The notes beneath the pieces were generated by a model. That model was not told where the DNA came from. It saw only the letters and a list, made by a program, of their open reading frames with translations, and searched no databases. A program made the translations under genes and the position numbers. Positions 1-12,627 of a DNA stretch of 64,000 nucleotides are shown here, one piece after another. Source of the stretch: the human T2T-CHM13v2.0 reference genome, Homo sapiens. The stretch lies in assembly GCF_009914755.1 (NCBI RefSeq), contig NC_060948.1. One strand, 5' to 3'. Each line of letters opens with the position of its first letter. The stretch's first letter is position 1.

Positions 1-278
1 AAAATGTGCAGATGAAAACAATGGCGCCTTAGCACCATCTCCTACAACTTGCCCACATGTCGGACATGTGTGACGGTTAAAGGTAGAATCCTCAAAAAGC
101 ATCAATGTGTTTAACAAAAATGAGTTTCTTAAGAGCGCTAAGGAGTTCTCTCCCCACTGTCTCCTCCCATAGTTCAACACCCACACATAGAAAACCCATC
201 CCTTTTAAAAACAAAATCCCAAACCTTTGCTTCCTGTTCTTGCCAAAAGACCAACCTGTCCAGAGAAAACAGAAATAC

Positions 279-400
279 AGGTGCTCTTCAGTAGGACAAA
301 CAGCCTCAGGGTCGTTCGGCCCTCAGGTTGTCTGCATCTGGCTTCTGGACAGCACAGGGCCAACTGCAGGAAGCACACTTCGAGCTGGCCTGAGCAGGAA
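279..400 (-). pseudogene. RBMY: Probable non-coding first exon (5' UTR) of an RBMY-family (pseudo)gene that continues off the left edge
   Basis: Minus strand reads CTTCCTGCAGTTGGCCCTGTGCTGTCC...GACCCTGAGGCTGTTTGTCCTACTGAAGAGCACCT|GTATTT, resembling the RBMY 5' UTR as I recall it, with a GT donor at 278-277. No RBMY coding sequence is in the window; the upstream boundary is approximate. Confidence 0.55.
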
Positions 401-431
401 GGATGCCAGAAGCCATGCCCGGAAATCCTGC

Positions 432-1200
432 CTACCTCCAGCGGCCAATCATTGCGAGGGCGGTGGGTGTCGGCCAATTATTGTGAGGTCCGTAGGCGTC
501 TCCCGAGGCGCCCGGCCCTTGCCTGGCCTGCAGCTCAGTCGTCCCCTGGTAAGCATCCTCTGAAAAGCTACATGTTCCTGGGGCCTGGAGGCAGTGGATT
601 CAGGCACAAGCAGGCGATGAGCCCTTTGCAATTGTGGGCATGGAAGACCTACACCCTAACTGGCATACTGACTGCGGCAAGACATTGACCCACAGGGAAC
701 ACATGAAACATCTCACTTCATTAGGCAGGCTAGGCTGGTGGTACTGAATATTGCAGATCCAGAGGGAAGAGAGAGGGACCAGCATTGGCTGCTGGGGTGA
801 GGGCGACGGGGGCTTGGGAGGAGTGGGGTAGGGCGAGTGCGTTGGAGGAAAGTCGACTGGTACATTGCTGGGGTGGAATTCGTATGCACCAGAAGCTGAA
901 ACCCTCAAGGACTCTCAGGCCTAGGCAAACAGAGACTGTGAGTTCCATGCTTCCTCCTTGATGATGCTGTACTCACAGGGGCATTCCAAAGGACCTCTCA
1001 TCCTCTGCCCTGGGCACACGGGAGGCCAGCCGCCATGGTCGCCAATCTGATGCCCCATGTGCATTGACTTTCTAGCGAAGAGGCTCCCGCAAGTGCAGCA
1101 GTAGCCATAGTGCCTGCTAGACGGGCTCTGGAAGCCCAGAGCCTTGGACTCCGACTCCAGGGCTGCTGTGTGCAGCTAACCGTGCTCGGTATCTGGACCC
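432..1200. promoter_or_regulatory. GC-rich intergenic/promoter module homologous to 34335-35088, with a tandemly duplicated CCAAT unit at 442-499
   Basis: Aligns by eye with the TSPY upstream region (shared ATTGACCCACAGGGAACACATGAAA and GAATATTGCAGATCCAGAGG). Two ~29-bp units: CGGCCAATCATTGCGAGG and CGGCCAATTATTGTGAGG. Promoter function is inferred from position. Confidence 0.65.
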
Positions 1201-1201
1201 C

Positions 1202-3491
1202 ATGGTGAGTGCGGTGGGCTGTGGGCCCTGCGGGGCTCCCCAGGAACCCTGTATCCACTAGGAGTGGGACATAGTTCTCAGCAAGGCAAGGCTTGCGGGC
1301 CTCTCCGCGAGCTGCCCCCAGAGTCGAGGGGTGCCGGGGGCGTGGGCTGGGCGGCACAGGCCTTGGTCTGTGGGAGCCTAAAGGAGGGCACCGTGTTAAG
1401 GCAGAGGTTCTGCAGGAGAGGGCGGCCTGTGCACAGAGCAGGAAGGTAACCCTGGGGGAGGAGGCATGCTAGTCGGGTATGACATCATGGCAGAGATGGA
1501 GGTGGTGGCCAAGGAAGAGGCCAATGTGGAGCGGCAGCAGGAGGACCAGCAGGCACAGCCTGGCCCTGGCCCCAGTACGCCCCGGCTGGCAAAGGACTGG
1601 CTGCACGTCCTTCACTTGGAGCTGGGCTGAGTGAATGCCCCAGGCCGCAAGGCATCCCCGCCTTCTGGGCCAGAGCCGTATTCTTGCAGCTGCCAATTCG
1701 GGATAGCTGGCATCAGTGGGTGGGGGCCTAGCTCCCGGGATTGGGGTTGGGGCAAACAAGGTGGCAGGCACCGGGGCTCAGCCAGGATTCAGGGCATGAG
1801 GGACAACGAGGGGAACCGAGGACACGCTCGTGCAGTTAGAAGGGCAGCTTAATTGTGGGCGCTCTGAGGGCACGTTACAGGGACAGGAAGCCAAGCACAG
1901 CACTCACAGGCGAGAATAGCCCCTCAAAGGACCCTTCATAAACAGCAGAAAGTTGAAGGACATGTTTCAGTGGGAAAGTGCCTGGAGGAAGGGGAGTCTG
2001 CATGCCCATGACAGCCTTGGAACTACCCCTGCTCCCCGTGCCTGTGTCCAGCAGGCTCACCCCAGAAACACAAGGTGCTCAAGACTCGGGTTCACCGCAC
2101 GGGGCTGCTGTCCTCTGCAAGGCAGGCACCATCTCCCCGGACACGATTTCTTGCCTCTGCCGGTGCTGCACCCAAAGATATTTAGGCCCTGAGTATATAT
2201 AACCTCAGTTGAAACCACTGGAGCCCCATGGGGAGAGCCAGGCACAACCCTGCAGCCACTTCTACCCACAGCGGTTCCCTCAGGTGGACACGCCCACCTC
2301 TCAAGGAGATCAGGAGAAGGGAAGACCGCACACCTGGACAGCAGCAAAACCTGTCCAGCATCCAGCACACGAGGCCCTCCTGCAGCTCAGGAACCCTAAG
2401 CAAGTAGCTGCCTCACACCACAGCACCCCACACCCAGCCCTCTGCCCTCTTCTTTTGTGCCCGCCCCTGGTCAGAGCAGGCTGTCTGGGACCGCCTCCAC
2501 CAGACGCCAAGACCACCACAGCCTCGAAGGTCTCCCCCAGGCCAGACAGAGAGGGAGGACCAGGAAGGGAGGGTGCCAGGCCAAAGGCCTGCAGGGTAGC
2601 CCTGCCCCACACTCTCCATGTGCTTGCAAAGTTGCAGGGTGATTCCTTGCACGCCCACCCAATCATCTGGCAGCTCCTTGACCAGAGGCAGATAGTGGGG
2701 CACACCCAGATGTTGGCCAGGAGCACAAATGATGAAGTCAGTTCTGCTAAGCTACATGATGGATTTGCAGGTCAGGCTAAGGAACCTGGGTCTGAGGAGG
2801 GGTCTAGTGTCTGGGTCAGGTTGAGGTACCCCTGGGACCTGGGGGTGTCTCAGTGGGAGAGCTGGGAAGGAGAAACACATGCTTCACCCCAGCTAGCAAG
2901 TCACCTCAGCCCAGCTACATGAAATGCTCCTTTGAGTCTGTCCTCTTTCTTCTTCTTGGCCAGGTAGTGGGGGAACTCAGCCATCCCAGGTACCAACAGT
3001 AGGATGAAGCTTTCCTTTCATCACAACTTTTACTTCCACAATGAAGTGATCATTCAGGAGTATTGTGTTGCATCCTCGTTAAGGAGTGACTCCCAGCATA
3101 GTAGGGGAGCTGGTGTGTGGGAGGGTAGGTCTGGCATGAATCTTCCTGACTCCTCTGTCTCCAGGATACAGGATGATTCATTCGACTGCAGTCCAGTGGT
3201 TCTGGAATCATGAAGGTCAAGCCTTCAGCTGCAAGCAGTACAGCTCCTACCTGAGCTTCTTCAGCTGGTTGGCTGACCATGACTGCCCAGGTTCTGGCAG
3301 GATTGCTGAGGTGGGCACCTCAGTGGAACATCATGGGAAAGTACCTTGATGGTCATTCCTTGGCCTCTGGGGAGTTGGCTTTGAGCCATGACCTGATGTG
3401 TCCTATACACACTTCTGCAGTCCCCTAGATCATCAGCCAGGGACTGTGGCTCAATCCCCTGCAGTACTTCCAGAGGGAGGGAGGCCATTAG
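1202..3491 (+). pseudogene. TSPY: Diverged TSPY-like unprocessed pseudogene, copy A (exon 1 to 1677, exon 2 ~2692-2770, exon 3 ~2968-3078, exon 4 3165-3310, exon 5 3429-3491)
   Basis: Exon 1 encodes GVGWAAQALVCGSLKEGT...[13 protein letters not shown], with stops and frameshifts. Exon 3 encodes MKLSFHHNFYFHNEVIIQEY. The 146-bp exon 4 is open (GYRMIHSTAVQWFWNHE...LSFFSWLADHDCPGSGRIAE) and flanked by AG/GT. Exon 5 encodes IISQGLWLNPLQYFQREGGH*. These are NAP/SET/TSPY-family motifs. Confidence 0.88.
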
Positions 3492-4620
3492 AGAGGGAAA
3501 AGAGCGGAGGCCAGGCAAGCAGTCTAGGGCTGGGGACTGAGAGGCCTTTGATTCCTGGAGTTGTGCCCCACATGGAGAACCCAAGGATCATGGAGGTGAC
3601 TGCAGTGAGCCATCCCAGGCCATCCATGGGCTGGCGGATAAATGGCCATCAGGGAACTGTAAAACCCACATTTCAGGATTGGGGCACCTTAATCCCCCTA
3701 AGAGGCATAAGTGTCTAAGGTCAGTGAGTGAGAAGCAAGGCTCAAGGGATAGCTGTCTCATCATCCCTTCCTGGCTCCCTTCCCTGCCCTGAGGCCACCT
3801 ACCACCTGGGGCTCAGTTTGGGCTCAACCAGCGCCCTCTCACCCTCCATGCAGATGTCCTCACAAGGCCCATCTCTTTGTTCTCCCAGAATGCTGTCCCA
3901 GACCCATCATTTTCTGTTACGATGACCTGAGACTCCCCTGAAATGCTTACCCCCTCTGCCATCATCATTCACACTGCCCCGCCCTCTGAGACAAGAGAGG
4001 CCACTACACAGGGAATCTGAAAGACCACACTGGGCTCATAGTGGAGGAAATGTGAAGAGATTGCAAAAAGGCTGGGATCTTCAGTTTGTGCCCAGGGAGG
4101 GAAACTGGCTGGGATTTAAGGCCCACCTGAGTAGTGGTGTGGACACCCTGTATTACTTATCATGATGAAGACCTGCTTTGTCACATCTCCTAATGTTAAT
4201 ATGGAAGTTATTTTCTTAGAATAGTGAAACAATGAGTACAAAGAGATAGTGTTTTTTTCAGATTTGTATGGAAATACTGCAGATGCATCCATTTTCCATT
4301 ATAATTCTTGTGTGAGACTTGAAGTGTTTATTGAGTTTTAAGATACATTTTGATTGTTCTGCTCCTGGCAAATTTTATGGTCATGTTTGCAATGTAGAGA
4401 CATAGAATCTAGAAAAGTTTTGAGTGACTTTCAGCTTCTTTTAGAGTACTTACTTGTAAATTTTGAATTTTTTCCCGGTCTTTCTCTTCCGTTTATTATT
4501 TGAACTTTATATGCAAGGTGATAAAATTGTTTTCTTATTTGCCTCTTGTGGAATGTTGGTTTTAAAGGACTTTTTTTTCTGTTAGATATGTGTGAGTTTG
4601 ACTGTGAGTACTTTTTCTAG

Positions 4621-4948
<328 letters not shown>

Positions 4949-5241
4949 TTCATTTGTTTATGTATTTGAACCCTTGTTCTATTTTCTTCCTATACACTTA
5001 TTTTAGAGTTACTGAAATAATATATTTTATTTATTTACTCAATACTTTAGTAGGATTTTAAAAGTAATGTTTTATTTACTAAATACAGTATTGTGAATAG
5101 GTTAAGCCTTGTGTAGTATTGTCATTCTCTCTTTCATAAATTCTTCAAGAACTCTAATACTGTTTTCCCCCCACCTAAGGAGAACATGCAGATAGTTACA
5201 AAAAATTGTGTGAGTGACTGGGTATGAAAATATAATTTGAA

Positions 5242-5695
<454 letters not shown>

Positions 5696-7627
5696 TTAAG
5701 CACACTCCAGAAGCCCAAACATGAAAAGCAAAGGTGTTTCTCATATAACAGCACAAATTCTGCATTTCTTCTCTATTGGGAAGTGTAATATTGCACATAT
5801 GAAAAACAAATGCAGTGTTAAATCAAAATTAATGGGATTAAGAGGAGTCACTGCTTAGTGAGTTAAAATGACACACAAAGAAATGGAGAAGAAAAGAAAG
5901 ATGATAGAAAATATATTGCATATTTAATTCAGAATAATTTTCATTTTTGTCTATTAGCATTAAATAGTACCATTAACATAATGTAATTTTGTATATTGAT
6001 TTCTAACATGTGAGTGGTTTTTATTTTGTATATTTGGAAACCTGATAAAAGGTTCTTTAGGCATTTTATTTTTTCCCAAATTAGCTAGCTAATAGCTAGC
6101 TAAAAGCTAGTAGCCTGACTACCTCTCACTAAGTAGTTTGTCATTTCTCATTAATTTTAATATGAACTTGGTCTGTATTTTGTTGGCATCTTTACTACAT
6201 CTGTATGTGTTGAAGTTATTCAGATCTCGGTCATGGATCCTCTTGGGTTTTCTCATTGCTAAAACACCCTTTCTATGCTGACCATTAACAAATTCCCAAT
6301 TTCAGGCCAGATCTTTGTTCTGACATTCAGATTTGGCATAACCAACTGCATGCCTTACATCTCCACAAACCAAAACCAGACCTTCATTTCATCCCTGAAA
6401 CATGTTTCCTCCTACAGTATTCCACAATTTCAGAAATTCACAGCACCAAATACCCTGTATTTCAAGCTAGAAATGTAGAGGATGATCCTTGAGGCAGCGT
6501 TTTCTCAATGACTCTTCATCTGTCACATCTAACTCTTCACAGGTTGTGTGTCCTCTCCGAGAATTACAGTCTTAGTAAATAAAGAATGGCCACTAAGTAA
6601 CCTTCAATCATCCACTTTTTTTTTTCAATTCATGTCAGTTTCTTTACAGAACAGCTGGAGCTCTGTAATGTCAATGTTGGAGTAAGTACCATTCTCTGCC
6701 AGTGTTACTATTTTATTTATCAAGTGACAAATATTCCTTAAAAATGCCCACATGAAGCTATACTGAGTAACACAATTAAATGATGGCTTTGTTTTACAGA
6801 AAAGTACAAGGCAAATAGAATGAGTTTTTACTGTATGATCTTTATAACTACACTCTCAGGTACTGGATATTTTAGACCCCACTTCATACATCTGAAATTT
6901 GGGTCTCAAAATAATTAACTTCTCTTAAAGTCTAATTTCAGATTACAAAACTACTTCTTCCCACAATATTGTGCTATCTCCCTTTAAGAACCAGCTAGGG
7001 GATCATTAAGAATAAAAAACATCATTATCTTCAACATCTCCTAGCTGAGCCATAATCTAAATTTTCTGTGGAGATGTTGTTATGTGCAATTTCGCCAAAA
7101 CTTTTACAACTTTAACCACAGTTATGCTTCAGTGGCCTACCTGTTCATCCAATACCTGCACACCTGCTTTAACACAGAAAAATTTGGAAGTTGATGTGAA
7201 TATTAACTATTATCATTGTAGACAATGACATCTGAAGATGCTTTCCAATCTTCCATGAATATATGAAATTCAAAATGTCAGTACAGTCTCCAAATTGTCC
7301 ATGTAATCTTAGTAGCAGTGGATCATCTACAGAAGTAATTTTGCCCAGTGATCAAATATTTTTGTTAAATACTGTTATTTTATAGCCATACATAGCATTA
7401 ACTGGCACGTGGTGCATAGCTAGAAATAGGATCCTAAAGAAAATGTTCAGAAACAGGTTTCATATTTTTTGCTAAATTGCAAACTAACAGGTTAATTACT
7501 ACTGTGAAGTGCTACGTCTTGGAGTAGTATTTACCAAGAATGAAAAAGAAGATAAGGCCATATGACTTGAGAAGGCTGGAGTTAGGAAAAGATAAGGTAT
7601 TTATTCCTGATTCCTGGCTTGATGTTC

Positions 7628-7630
<3 letters not shown>

Positions 7631-7663
<33 letters not shown>

Positions 7664-7730
7664 GTTTTGTTTTTTTTTGTTTTTTTGTTTTTTTTGTTTT
7701 TTTTTTGGTTTGCTTTTGTTTGTTTGTCAT
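7631..7730. repeat. (GT)15 microsatellite followed by a T-rich (GTTTT...) simple repeat
   Basis: Directly visible in the sequence. Confidence 0.95.
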
Positions 7731-10700
7731 TGTTGTTTAACTTTCTCTTATGTGTCAGACCAGAGTTTCACAAACATCCCCAAATAATAACGTGGGTCAT
7801 AAAATATATATGCAGATACTATTTTCCTTCAAAATCCTGGTTCAATCATCTGAAATGAGACCTGGAGAACAAGCAATTCTAACAAGTATGCTAAGTGATT
7901 ATTACCAAAATGAACAACTGTGAAATATTTAGAAAACCATTCAGGAGCTAGGTAATCAACATTTAATAATTCGTTTTTACTATAAGGGTAAAGGATTTTG
8001 TTGAAATGAATATTTAAATGCAAGTTTTATTAAAAGGGTAGAATTGAGCACTTAAGTGCTTTCTAATTAGTATCTTTAAAGTATGTTTTGCTAAAGTGGA
8101 AAAATTATTTTTTCATTTGAAGATAGCATTATGCCCACAAATGAGGTCTGAGTTAGCTTTTTGAAAATCTTCAGATCATAAGTTCTAAAAATTGTCGTGG
8201 GTGTTTATAAGACACCAGAAAATCATTAAGAAAAATATAAATAAAAATACCAGTATCCAAAATATTCAAAATAACTCTTACAGATATATAAGAAAAAATA
8301 TATATACAATCTAGCCAAGTTGAAGAAAGCAGGACAGGTAAATAGTTAGATCCTTTTTAGAAAAGAAGGAAGTCAAATGACCAATGAAAAATGGCTAGAT
8401 GCTTGAGCTCATTAGTAATTTGGGGATATTAATCAAAGCCACATTAGGTTCCAACTGTCATTCATTAGCTTGGCAACTATTAAAATAATAATACTGAGTG
8501 TAGTCAAGGGTGTAAAGAATGGTAATTTTTTTCCACCAATCCACAGGACTGTCTAATGATATTTAGTAAAATTAGGGTGATGAAAACCTTTAGTGCTCCA
8601 AGGGAAACTTTTTTTAGAATAAAAGAGTACTAACATATACAAAATTATTTATTATTTAATATGTGATTTCCTTATAGACAAACTGTCTTCACTATTTCAA
8701 TGGATCTATGAAATAGTTATCTTCCAACTATTTTTGAAAATGAAATCCCTTCGGAAATTTAAAACCACAATTACATATCTTGAAGCAAAACAGAAAAATA
8801 ACTTTTTTACATTTATTATTTGAACATTAGAAATAGTAGGCAGAATAATGATTCTGGAACATATTTATATGAATTAATCCATTTCTTAACAATAATTATC
8901 CATAGTTCTTTTCTGTAAAATGCATTTCTTTTAATTTTATATTGATTTTTAAATGAAGTTACTTGCAAACTTTTCCAAAGTTGCTTCTTCTTGTCACCAA
9001 TAAAAGTTACCAATAATGTTTAGCTTTTTATCTGAACATTAATAAACATTTATTACATTGTCCAGTGTTTTATTTCTGGCACAATAATATTTCAGCAGCT
9101 TTATTTTGGTTCCAGTGATTGATTAAAAATTCAAACCACTTTTAATTTAATTTTCTGTTTGAAACATCTAAATGGCATTATTGAATTCTTTTGGAATTTC
9201 TTCTATAGCTAATGGAGATAATATACTAACAATTACTGATGCATATTTCTTAACTGCAGAAAAATTAGAATTAAAAATATACACAATTGATTTTTAAAGA
9301 ATAGTAATTTGATGTAAATAAAAAGCCAGGTATCTCAGAATTATATGCTTAATTTTTCCAAATTCATATATTAAAACTGTGAAGATGTCATCTTCATCAT
9401 CAGGAATAGTTTTCTTAATGTAACTAAGTCTTATCTTCTGAAATAGCAGCTGCTTCTTCCCCTTAGCCCTCTATATTCTGGATTTCAGGATACCACTTTT
9501 AGCCTTGTGGTCCCAACATGGACTACAAGACTTTATGATTACACCATGTGTTTCTTGGCACTTTTCAACCCATAATTTGATTCAAAGGGAAATTGAGTAG
9601 TTTTTAATTAAATACCTACTTACATTTTCCAGTCATTGCTGCTGAAACAGAATTTTTTTTAAATAGTCTACATCTAAGGATGTTCACTGTTGCAAGAGTT
9701 ACTGACTCTTTAGCCAAACACTCTATCATGGAAAAATCTAACCTAGTGGGCCATTTGGTTATGAGATGGTAAAAAATAATAAAAATATTCCTGGAATGCA
9801 GATAGTGAGAACTACCGGTCTTCAAGAAAAAGTACCCTCAGTAACAATGTGAAAGTTTGTCTGAATTTCCATTTCCACATTATCAAAATTATGCCACTTT
9901 ATGTAGCATTTCTATAAATAATTTCTGGTTTTGAAAATCTTTACTTTTGAATGTGAATTTATCTTTAAGAATTAATATTGTTTTGCAGGAACATTTGCAT
10001 ATATAAATTATGCAACATTTTATGGGAGCTCATACATGGACATCTCATACAAAGCAAGTGATGAGACAGATGTTTGAGATACATTAGGGTGGATGTAGAG
10101 GAAGCACTGTTTCTACTCTCTGGGTCTCTGATTTCCAATAAGACAAACTACAAAATAATTACAAACAAGAGTTCAAAAAAGAATGACTCAATCTCTTGTG
10201 TCCAATTGTTGTTTTGTATCCTATAAACCATTTATGCTATATCTAAGATTTAAAATGTTTTGAACATTAGATGTTGGTCTTTAGGACACCAAGTGGAGGC
10301 AGGCGGACACATGCAGTTGCTGCCTGGGGGATCTTATCTAAGGATATAAGTCAATAACAGGCAGCTGAATGGGCAGTGGTCCAGTGCCAGGTGTTTAGCT
10401 GAGACTTGTATAAGTTTCTCAGTAATTCTCAGAAGTATTCGAGGGAAATGAAACTGGTTTACCAATGCTCTTTTAAAAATCAGCTAAAGAACATCCTAAA
10501 GTGTCCTGAGGAGAAAAATGAGCAAGGTAATTTGACACAGCAAAATTACTAGGTGACTGCAGGAGCATAGAAAATCTCAGGCAGCTGTTTCACACGACTA
10601 GCAAAAATCCACTATTAAAATAGTTGCATAAACTCTGAGTTGATAAGACTGAGGAAAACCAGAAAGCTGGCTAGGAACAGCTGGACCCAAAATGGTGTTG

Positions 10701-11049
10701 AATTTCAGCTAGGTTTCATCTTGGAGAAAATAGCGAAAATATCACTACTACTACCATGCAGCTCTGCTACTACCATACAGCAGAGCAGCTGATCAAAGGC
10801 AGCAACTGCCTAACTATGGACAGTTCACATGTGAAAAACAGAAATCCCTGTTTGTTTAATTCATGCTTACTTTTTCTGTTATATGAAGTAAAAAACATTC
10901 CTTACTGCAAGAATGTTTCATTTTCTTCCTTATTCTCCACCATTTATTTTCTTCTCACATTACTTATAATTTGTAACTTATTTTGTCAAATATATGCGGT
11001 AACACTGCAGTATTATAGAAAGCACACTGCATTGGAAACAGACTCATGT

Positions 11050-11791
11050 TGAAATGGGAAAATATCCCTTATCTCTTCCCCGGGGGCATGCAATGAGGAC
11101 AGATTGTGGGGCTCTGATCCCAGGGAGCGTCTAGGGGTGAATGTTTACAGCTCCTGAATCCCCAGCAGGCATGTGTTACACAGTGTTAATTTAGTTTATC
11201 CATCTGTAGGCGATTTGTGCTAGCTCAGTTAGGCACCCTAGCTTACTGTAAAGACAGAGAGCTGTCTGAATCCCCGGGTTTCTTGCCTTGTTGTACCTGA
11301 AGAATTGGCTCACAGGTGGGCTTGGAGAAGAAGTACAAGGTTTCATTGACTGGAAGTTCCCAGCAGATAGATGGGGACCCAGAAGGAAGATGAAGTGGGA
11401 AGGTGGTTTTCTCTTGGAATGGGGAAGCTCAGCAGTCTCCTCCCACAGCTCTGTGGAACTCCGCGTTCTTCTGAGGTGGATGGACTGCAGCCTCAGTCCT
11501 TGTGCTCTCCTTCCTCTGTTGTCTTCTTGAGGTCCAGTTGCTGTGTCTGTTTCTGCTGATGGTTCCTCTTGATGCCCAGCTGCTGTCACTGCCTGTTAGG
11601 GTCTCCAGGTTTCTTATATCACAGGATGGAGCTGTGGCAGGCCAGGGTGGTCTTGGGAAATGCGACATTTGGGCAAGAAAACAGAAGTGCGTGTCCTCAA
11701 GTAGGTCAGTGAGCACAGGCCTGAGGGTGGAGCCCTAGCCAAGGACCATGCCCTCCTCTACCCAGCACTTCCCTTCTCCCCTTCCCTATCA
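11050..11791 (-). mobile_element. Solo ERV1 LTR of the LTR27/LTR28/MER52 group
   Basis: Minus strand TGATAGGGAAGGGGAGAAGGGAAGTGCTGGGTAGAGGAGGGCATGGTCC...CCCATTTCA with TG..CA ends. Candidate 4-bp TSD ATGT (11046-11049) / ATAT (11792-11795). Confidence 0.75.
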
Positions 11792-12272
11792 ATATTTTTT
11801 ATTTAAATCTCCAAAAATAATACTCAAATTCTTCAGAGAAGACAATTGGAGGAAATGGCATTAGAAGAATCTAGGATTAGGGTTACTAAATAGAAAATGG
11901 AAACAAAGAAATCATGTCCTGCAGGCCATGAATCACTGCACAGAAATATATCCCCTGCTGAGGAGAGGGAGACACACTGGCTTCTCTCCTTTTCTTGTTC
12001 TCTAATCTCTGCAGTGTCACACCTCGACTGAACTGAAACAGGAAGTAATTTTTATGGGAGCCTAGGAACCATGCCTCCCAGGGGCCAGGCCTCTCTATTA
12101 CAGAACAGTGCCAGGAGAGTGACTGATGTATCTGTGGGCATATAAACCCGGGATGACACACAAAGGAATATCAGAGAAAAATATATTATCAAAGGATCAA
12201 GAGAGGAGTAGTCTCAGGAATGATCCATGCATGATATTTGTGAAAAGACCAAAAAAGGAAAACAGAGCTTAT

Positions 12273-12627
12273 TGTCACATGTGTCCCTGTGAAAACAGTT
12301 CACCAACAGGCTTTGTGTGAGCAATAAGGCTGTTTATTTCACCTGTTTGCAGGTGGGCTGAGTCGAAGAAGGAGTCAGCAAAGGGTGATGGGATTTTCAT
12401 TAGTTCTTATAGGTTTGGGATAGGTGTACAAAGTACCTTCTTAATGGTGGGGGGGGAATATATTGTATCAGTTAGGGTGGGTCAGGAACAAATCACAATG
12501 GTGGAATGTCATCTGTTAAAGCTATTTTCACTTATTTTGTGGATCTTCAGTTGCTTCAGGCCATCTGGATGTACACTTGCAGGTCACAGGGGATATGATG
12601 GCTTAGCTCAGGCTCAGAGGCCTGACA
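12273..12627 (-). repeat. 3' LTR7-type LTR (355 bp)
   Basis: Minus strand TGTCAGGCCTCTGAGCC...AAATAAACAGCC...CATGTGACA. Confidence 0.93.

Noticed and set aside
2209-2922. 237-aa ORF
   Set aside because: Mostly intron 1 of the TSPY-like pseudogene; only a short part follows the exon 2 frame, and the rest has no recognisable similarity.
10520-10735. Possible MER4-group LTR fragment
   Set aside because: Weak resemblance only; no termini or TSD could be defined.
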